This document shows positions 34,926 through 42,596 of a DNA stretch of 42,596 bases, one piece after another. Each line of letters opens with the position of its first letter. The first letter of the stretch is position 1. Made by a program: the position numbers and the translations under genes. The stretch comes from Octopus bimaculoides (taxonomy: Eukaryota): NCBI RefSeq assembly GCF_001194135.2, contig NC_069002.1, forward strand, positions 37,236,453 to 37,279,048, written 5' to 3'. Under the pieces are notes generated by a model, which was not told the origin of the DNA, made no database searches, and saw only the letters and a list, made by a program, of their open reading frames with translations.

Positions 34926-35258
34926 GTGAGTTGGGAATTAGCTTAATGTAACCTTTTCTTTTTTTTTATTTTTTTTTATTCATGTTGGTTTTTTTTTTAT
35001 TGTGTGTATAGGTGCTGGTGTAACTAGGGTGGTAAGAAGCTTCTTTCCCAACCACATGGTCTCAGGTTCAGTCCCAATGCATTGTACCTTGGTCAAGTGT
35101 CTTCTTTAGCCCCAGGCTGACCAAAGCATTGTGAATGGATTTGGTAGATGGAAACTGAAAGAAGCTCATTATGTGTGTGTGATGTTATGATGATGATGTT
35201 GATGTTTGTATATATATGTGTGTGTTATCTTTTGTCTAAATTTGTTTTCTGTTTTCAG

Positions 35259-35319
35259 CTATCTACACAATAGACCTAGTCAGTGAATGTTTGTATGAAT
35301 GGAATGTCAAATTATTCAA
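35259..35319 (+). CDS. UBE2Q: UBE2Q exon 7
   Basis: ttcag|CT ATC...TTC AA|gtaagt; (A)IYTIDLVSECLYEWNVKLF(K); 61 nt. Confidence 0.94.
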
Positions 35320-35360
35320 GTAAGTACATTTTATTTCAGATATTTAATGTCAATTTAGGC

Positions 35361-35582
35361 TAACCCATTAGCATCCAGATTACACTTTGAAATGTAATGC
35401 TTATTTATTCACATTGCTTTCAATTAATCATATGTTATTTCATAGTTTTGAGGTTGTGATGATGTAATTGTTTATTTTTAGACTAATATTGTAGGGTTGG
35501 TGTGAGAGGCTGAATCTAGACAGCTTGAATATAAAACAGGTAGAAGATTTGGGCTGGATATGGCTTGTTTTAATACTCTTAA
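35361..35582 (+). mobile_element. piggyBac-like MITE copy
   Basis: taacccattagcatccagattac...gggctggatatggc; starts about 40 nt after the exon 7 donor. Confidence 0.7.
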
Positions 35583-36286
35583 AATTGAACATCGTTTAGT
35601 TAGATGGAGGAGGTACAGAGGTTGTATTGAGGTATTGGTGAAGGAACAACTGCTCATGAGTGGGGATAAAGATTTCTGTTTAATGCCTTGTGTTTCTTAG
35701 TAGAAATCTAACTACTTAACATCTCTTTTTCTTTGTGGTTGTTCTTCGGTTCTAAGTTGGCTTTAATCACTCTTGTGATCAGAAGCAATCTAGCCGTAAA
35801 TATTTAATCTTTTAATGTTCTTTTCAATGCATTTTTATTCTCTTTTGAATGTCCTTCGCATTTTAAAGTGATAGTGTGATTTTAGGAAAATTTAACTTTT
35901 ATTTCTAGTAGATAACATAGAGGTACTTATGTTGGTTCATTCCCTCTGTGGGGACAAGAAAAATACATATTTGTGAGTCCAGTAGAATAAAGGTTTCCAA
36001 CTTTTTTGTACCTCGAACTAATTTCATGCAAGACCAGAGGATCACATGCATAACAAAGTACAATAGAGTATATAATATATAATTTAGTTATTACAAATGT
36101 GTCCTTCATGTCACCAGCCCATACCTGTTTCCAATGAAGGTAATTTTCCCTCAAGGCCAGATGTGTTTTTGCAGAATATTGAAAATGAGTCACAAAAAAA
36201 AAAAAAAGGTAAATTTAATTTGAAAAACGGTTTGTAATGAACAAATTCTCATTCAATTTCTGTTTTGTACTTTTTTTGTTTTTCAG

Positions 36287-36377
36287 AGTGGATCAGGATA
36301 GCCCCCTACATGCAGATCTTATAACATTTAAAGAAAAAGAGGGGAGGGATCACATTCTATTAAATTTTACATTTAAG
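36287..36377 (+). CDS. UBE2Q: UBE2Q exon 8
   Basis: ttcag|A GTG...AAG|gtaaag; [30 protein letters not shown]; 91 nt. Confidence 0.95.
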
Positions 36378-37192
36378 GTAAAGTTTTTATCTTAAACAAT
36401 TTATCTGTTGTTTTAGTTACCAGCATGTTTACCAACCTACGTAGCTATTATTTGACATAACTCCATCAGTTTGAGTTTCTCTTAGATAGTTTTGGGGAAA
36501 TACTATTTACTTATAACTGTAAGGATGTTATTAGTTTATTTTATTTTAAAAATTATTATCATAAACTTAGTGCAATTTATATAGGGTGGGCCAAAAGTCA
36601 CGCACCAAAGCAAGGCTAGCATCGCATGTGCTTGCGAGCGCATGACTCCTGACTGACAAATATGTACCATATTTGGTGATGTACTGCTTAGGATCCAGGA
36701 TAGTATCTTGTAAAATTATGTTGAATAATTTAAACCGATATGGTTTTGGATTGAATCCAGCTTTTTCAGCACTTTAGTCTTTTACTATAGCTTGGGCCGA
36801 CCAAAATTCTTGTAAAAGGCCTTTCATCTACATTGTATATGTTTACATTTGTACTCCCTGAAAGTTGCTCATCACGAGCAGTGTTGGTGTTGTTGTCATT
36901 TCCGTCAACAGATCATCTCTTGCTTTGAAAAACCTGTGAAACAAGAGATCTTGACAGACAGTTAAGGTTAGTGACAAGAAGGGAATAGAATTGTAAGACA
37001 ATGCCTCCATAATTCAGTCATCTTGACCATCAAATCAAATGAACAAATATATACTTATATATATATTACTCAGTTTGTAATTTAAGAAACAAAATATATT
37101 CAGTCGTTAATCAGTTTGAAATGTTTGGTGATTAGTTATTTAGTGCCGGATTTTCTTTTTGGTTTGATCTAATTTATTTGTTTTCTTTCCAG

Positions 37193-37300
37193 GATTCATT
37201 TCCATTCGATCCACCATTTGTGAGAGTTATCAATCCAGTAATCTCAGGAGGCTATGTTCTAAGCGGAGGAGCCATCTGTATGGAACTTCTCACAAAACAA
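37193..37300 (+). CDS. UBE2Q: UBE2Q exon 9 (catalytic Cys)
   Basis: tccag|GAT...CAA|gttagt; [36 protein letters not shown]; active-site Cys codon at 37277-37279; 108 nt. Confidence 0.97.
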
Positions 37301-37646
37301 GTTAGTGGAATTACTTTTTCTCCCTTTTTTTTTAACCCCCATAATATTTAGGTGCTGGTGTAGCTGTTTAGTGAGAAGCTTGCATCCCTATCTCATGGCT
37401 TTGAGTTCAGTCACACTGCCTGGCACTTTGGACAAGTGTCTTTTGTTTTAGTGCCAGGCCAACCAAAGCCTTGTGAGTGGATTGGGGAGGTGCAGGTGTG
37501 GCTGTGTGAAAAGAAGCTTGCTTTCTAACTGCATTGATTCAGGTTCAGTCCTACTGTGTGGCACCTTGGCCAAGTGTCTTCTATAACCTCAGGCTGACCA
37601 ATGCCTTGTAGTGAATTTGATATATGGAAAGTGAAAGAAGCTTATT

Positions 37647-37689
<43 letters not shown>

Positions 37690-38243
37690 ATATATATGTG
37701 TAATAATAATAATATGTACGTGTTTTTGTCTCCCACCACTGCTTAACAACTGGTGTTGGTCTGTTTACATCCCTGTAACTTAGCTGTTCAGCAAAATGAT
37801 ATCAATAGAATGAGTACCAGGCTTGGAAAAATAAGTACTGGGTTCAATTCATTCGACTAAAAGTTCTTCAAGGCGATGCCCCAGCATTGCCACAGTCTAA
37901 TGACTGAAACAAGAAGTTAAAAAAATAAATACATATGTGTGGTACTGTTACATTGCCTTGATGCCATATGATAGTTGTAAATAAGTGCCACTGTCATGTA
38001 AGCAGTGTCCTTTGTTTTGATTCTTCTGTTTCTGGTTCTGGGAAATATATTGCTTGGAAACAAGTGGCGGTTGGCAACAGGAAGGACATCCAGCTGTACA
38101 AATCCACCTTCACAAAATTTCATACAATACGTACAAGTATGGTAAAGTGGACATTAATTTGATGATGATGATGATTAATCTACTTCTCTTTTCCTAATTA
38201 CAGTGTGAGGATGTTGTATTGATTGTTGCTTATATAATTGTAG

Positions 38244-38339
38244 GGTTGGAGCAGTGCCTACAGTATAGAATCTGTCATACTCCAAATATCTGCTACTTTG
38301 GTTAAGGGAAAAGCACGAATAAACTTCTCAGCTTCTAAA
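38244..38339 (+). CDS. UBE2Q: UBE2Q exon 10
   Basis: tgtag|GGT...AAA|gtaagt; [32 protein letters not shown]; 96 nt. Confidence 0.96.
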
Positions 38340-39183
38340 GTAAGTAACTTATTCTGAGTTTTACTGATTTCTTTTGCCATTTCAGAGTTTTCCAGAAATT
38401 TTAGTCATCAAATTAAAATGCAACGAAATTTGCAAGAAAGGTTTTGAGACTGGAATTTTATTGTGTGTATTTGTATTTTTGATTAGAGAATTCGGGAGAA
38501 GCACTTATGACTGGTGAGGTTGATGTGTTTAATGTTTAGTGAGAATTTCTGTAAGTGGGGAGAATGAATTTCAGAATGTTGGTAGGAATGAAAGTGGAAG
38601 AGTTTAGGAAGGAATCATTCTGAATTAGTGGTTGTAGCTTGTTATATTTGTTGGTGATTCCCTACTGACCCTGGCAGATGATGCCTGTGCACCACTTGGG
38701 GGACAATCCTCCAACTCATAGTTCTGTTTGGTGGTGAGGCTTTTACCCCAAACTCTTTTAGTTGCCTTTTATGATGGGTATATTCTTTGATGTACTGGTC
38801 CCGACACAGTACTAGTTCATCATGAAATGATGTGTTTAGTCACCTAGTCTGGGAATTGAACTCATGATGGCGATCTTGAGTGCGACTCATTAACTACTAG
38901 GCCATGACTATAAAAATTAGCTTGCAAATAAAATTGTATTATTTAAAAAAAAATATAATCCTATTGTTTTTGAATGTCATTGTGTAGATGTAAACCAGTT
39001 TAAATTGATAATGTTTTAGAAAGGCCGACTGATAAATGGCTTTCAAGGTTTAATGAGTACAAAATGGAGAGAGCCATATGTGTATTTCTGTTAAGAATAG
39101 GTTCTGATATTTAATTAGACATTGTAGGGGAATGAATGAATGAACTTGTTTTGTCTGTAACTGGACTTCTTTCTTCTTTCTAG

Positions 39184-39250
39184 AATCAATACAGTCTAGC
39201 TAGAGCTCAGCAGACATTCAAGTCATTGGTGCAAATTCATGAAAAAAATG
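39184..39250 (+). CDS. UBE2Q: UBE2Q exon 11
   Basis: tctag|AAT...AAT G|gttagt; NQYSLARAQQTFKSLVQIHEKN; 67 nt. Confidence 0.96.
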
Positions 39251-39313
39251 GTTAGTATATCCTTAATAAAGTTTATCCCCCCCACCTTTTTTGTTTTTTT
39301 ACTAATATGTTGT

Positions 39314-39519
39314 TTAACCCTTTAGCATCTCAGATTATACTGTCAAAATGTAATGTTTTGAACTAATTGGGCATTATATTGTAGCTTTGACATTTTGGTA
39401 TGATTACTGATGGAATGACATTGTAGGTTAAGTGTGAAAGGTTGGAGCTGGCCAATTTGAATGTAGAACAGTTTGAATATTTCGGCTAGATATGGATAGT
39501 TTAAATGCTGGCGAGTTAA
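39314..39519 (+). mobile_element. piggyBac-like MITE copy
   Basis: TTAACCCTTTAGCAT...tttaaatgctggcgagTTAA; starts about 65 nt after the exon 11 donor. Confidence 0.7.
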
Positions 39520-39942
39520 ATATGTACAGTTAAGAAGTTTGCTTTGCAGCCACAAGGCCGCAGGTTTGATCCTACTGCTTGGCGTTTTGAACAAATGCTA
39601 TTTTTAATAGCCTATGGTCAATCATGGAGATGGAAACTGTGTTGAATCACATGAGGTATAATTTGAAAAGAATAACCTTGTTATGCTGATTCTGCCTCCA
39701 AATTACAATAAGGGTACTCAGCCACTTACCTGTTAATTCAGGAGCAGATAATTCACTTGATTAAACATGAATTTTCGTCATTGAACTACAGATTCGCCAA
39801 CCAAATATACCAAACACCTTCCACAGTGTAGTGACTCAACAGAAGCAGAAAGAGAATAAGGAAAGCTAACAATACAGAAAGGTTTAAAAAACAAAACAAA
39901 ACACCCCCAAACCCACAAAATAATACTACTACCACATGAATC

Positions 39943-41275
39943 ATCATCATCATCGTTTAACGTCCGCTTTCCATGCTAGCATGGGTTGGACGATTTGACT
40001 GAGGACTGGTGAAACCGGATGGCAACACCAGGCTCCAGTCTAATTTGGCAGAGTTTCTACAGCTGGATGCCCTTCCTAACGCCAACCACTCAGAGAGTGT
40101 AGTGGGTGCTTTTACGTGTCACCCGCACGAAAATGGTCACGCTCGAAATGGTGTCTTTTATGTGCCACCCGCACAAGCNNNNNNNNNNNNNNNNNNNNNN
40201 NNNNNNNNNNNNNNNNNNNNNNNNNNNNNNNNNNNNNNNNNNNNNNNNNNNNNNNNNNNNNNNNNNNNNNNNNNNNNNNNNNNNNNNNNNNNNNNNNNNN
40301 NNNNNNNNNNNNNNNNNNNNNNNNNNNNNNNNNNNNNNNNNNNNNNNNNNNNNNNNNNNNNNNNNNNNNNNNNNNNNNNNNNNNNNNNNNNNNNNNNNNN
40401 NNNNNNNNNNNNNNNNNNNNNNNNNNNNNNNNNNNNNNNNNNNNNNNNNNNNNNNNNNNNNNNNNNNNNNNNNNNNNNNNNNNNNNNNNNNNNNNNNNNN
40501 NNNNNNNNNNNNNNNNNNNNNNNNNNNNNNNNNNNNNNNNNNNNNNNNNNNNNNNNNNNNNNNNNNNNNNNNNNNNNNNNNNNNNNNNNNNNNNNNNNNN
40601 NNNNNNNNNNNNNNNNNNNNNNNNNNNNNNNNNNNNNNNNNNNNNNNNNNNNNNNNNNNNNNNNNNNNNNNNNNNNNNNNNNNNNNNNNNNNNNNNNNNN
40701 NNNNNNNNNNNNNNNNNNNNNNNNNNNNNNNNNNNNNNNNNNNNNNNNNNNNNNNNNNNNNNNNNNNNNNNNNNNNNNNNNNNNNNNNNNNNNNNNNNNN
40801 NNNNNNNNNNNNNNNNNNNNNNNNNNNNNNNNNNNNNNNNNNNNNNNNNNNNNNNNNNNNNNNNNNNNNNNNNNNNNNNNNNNNNNNNNNNNNNNNNNNN
40901 NNNNNNNNNNNNNNNNNNNNNNNNNNNNNNNNNNNNNNNNNNNNNNNNNNNNNNNNNNNNNNNNNNNNACTTGGTCGCCCAGATAGCGGAAGCTATCGAC
41001 TACCTCTAGTTTTTCACCCTGGAATGAGATAGAAGTTGTTTCCTGTTTGTTTACAGTCTTTATTGCACCTGAACATCTGCCACAAACAAAAACTAACTTG
41101 CTAGTTAACCTGCCTTTGATGTTGCTGCACCTCTTATGTGTCCATAGCTTGCACCGGGTACATCTTATAGAGTTACTACCTACTCCTTTTCTACATACTG
41201 AGCAGGGCCATCTACCTGAAGGGGTTTGTGTTTTATCTACCTTCCTACTTATTAGGATTTTGGCCTACAACTAAC
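39943..41275 (-). mobile_element. 5'-truncated RTE-clade LINE spanning an assembly gap
   Basis: AKILISRKVDKTQTPSGRWPCSVCRKGVGSNSIRCTRCKLWTHKRCSNIKGRLTSKLVFVCGRC...KLEVVDSFRYLGDQV before the gap; a well-preserved 3' tail with (ATG)n end (catcatcat on +) after it. Joining across N 40179-40968 is inferred. Confidence 0.8.
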
Positions 41276-42060
41276 AATTGGAGAGTTGCTTACCCCAACG
41301 GTTGGCAAGTTGCTGCTGCTGCTGCTAACCAAGCTGCCAAGCAGTTTGAAATAACAACATCTATGGAAATACACACATCTTTGTTTTATTCTGAAGATGG
41401 ACATTTGTGCCTGAAAGTTTGTTTGTTTTTTTTTTTGTAAAACTTTTTGCATTGTTAGAAGCATTCCTTATTTCTCTTTTCATTTTCTACTTCTTTTTAC
41501 CAAAATGATAGCAGTTTCTTTGCCTCTGACGAAGAGCAACCTGATCCTTGACATTGCTAAGCTTTTCTTCATGCTTGTGCTTAGTAGTTTTTAAAGGGAG
41601 TCACTCTGGGCATCTGATCTCACCCTTTAGGTTTCGAGGTCTGACTAGGGCAGCTGCAGTACCCAAGCTGTAGGCTTTACATTGGAGCTCCATCTACTCT
41701 GGAGTTACTGGGTGTCAAAGAGGACACTGGACCACCTGATTGACTCCATTTCTTGATGAGCTTTTGAGGTGTTGACTCCTAGCTTTTTGCAAAACACTTT
41801 TAGAAAGCACCGAAGGTTTCTATTTAGAGTTTCTTCCATAATGTTCTACAGGTTAATACCCAAAGCAGGGACCCTAACAATCTGAGTCCGAGTAGACCTG
41901 GTACTAATAGTGGCTAAGAGATGCCTCCACACTTTTCAAAAACCGAGGAACTCCTGAAGTGAAGTCTCACTACCAGATGGAGTTTAGTTATACTGAGGAG
42001 AAAGAGGAACCTATAAATACAAATATAAACAGGATTTTAGGATTGTGGGGTCTTTACAAC

Positions 42061-42279
42061 TTAGCCCCTTTAGCATTCAAATTATTCTATCAAATGTAAC
42101 AATTATTTATATACATTTTGAATTAATCATGCTATCAGAGTATTGTCATTTTGATGATTGTTTAGTTTTTGAATGACATTGTAGGGTAGGTGTGAGGAGC
42201 CAAGTGTGGTTAGTTTGAACATAAAAAAAGGATAGAATTTTTGGGCTGGATATGTCCGATTTAAATTCTAAAGGGTTAG
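42061..42279 (+). mobile_element. piggyBac-like MITE copy
   Basis: ttagcccctttagcattc...tttaaattctaaagggttag; both TIRs present; ends about 100 nt before the last exon. Confidence 0.72.
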
Positions 42280-42382
42280 TAAATATTTAAATCTACCAGT
42301 CTTTCAACAACTAGATAGTTGTTTTTACCTGTATGAGAAAGGATTATTTGCACTTGTAATAAATGTTGTCTGTATTTTTCAG

Positions 42383-42414
42383 GCTGGTTTACACCACCAA
42401 AAGAAGATGGTTAA
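42383..42414 (+). CDS. UBE2Q: UBE2Q exon 12 (terminal)
   Basis: ttcag|GC TGG TTT ACA CCA CCA AAA GAA GAT GGT TAA; (G)WFTPPKEDG*, the family C-terminal signature. The twelve exons sum to 1089 nt, in frame. Confidence 0.97.
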
Positions 42415-42558
42415 TGAGTCCACCAGAAGAGCTGGTAGCAGAGATGCAAACTTCTCCCTTTGTTTATTCACTCTCCTCTTCTCTTCTCCACTTTCCTTTC
42501 CTTCTTTCTCTTCCTGTCACTACACACACTCGTGCACACATACACACACACACACACG

Positions 42559-42596
<38 letters not shown>

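Noticed and set aside
36580-36680. tatagggtgggccaaaagtcac, resembling a Tc1/mariner TIR
   Set aside because: No partner TIR or transposase remnant found; too short to call.
1-42596. CRISPR arrays, rRNA genes, operon-like or prokaryotic systems, horizontal transfer
   Set aside because: No regularly spaced repeat-spacer array or rRNA-like sequence; all genes are eukaryotic, two with spliceosomal introns, and POLL resembles animal Pol lambda rather than bacterial or viral PolX.

Overview
AT-rich, microsatellite- and SINE-dense animal genomic DNA with eight N-gaps. The repeat landscape looks like a coleoid cephalopod (Octopus-like); that is inference, not a database result. Gene content: (1) the last five coding exons of prefoldin subunit 3 (VBP1/PFDN3, + strand, 2367-8411; first exon upstream of the window), whose last intron has minor-spliceosome (U12) signals; (2) a complete single-exon DNA polymerase lambda ORF (- strand, 13429-15180, 583 aa); (3) an intact tRNA-Ser(AGA) gene (15418-15499) divergent from POLL and 237 bp from its ATG; (4) a complete 12-exon UBE2Q-family E2 gene (+ strand, 20481-42414; hand-spliced CDS 1089 nt, 362 aa). 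Introns and intergenic DNA hold decayed RTE and CRE-like LINE fragments, mariner and pogo remnants, a piggyBac-like MITE family and several tRNA-derived SINE families. I found no wholly new multi-gene system. The best leads are the intronless POLL/tRNA arrangement, a His at the conserved Pol lambda Tyr505 position, the U12 intron, a PHD finger inside RTE ORF2, and an inverted MITE pair that could be a dsRNA/ADAR substrate. Repeat coordinates are approximate; exon coordinates were read from splice sites and frame continuity.
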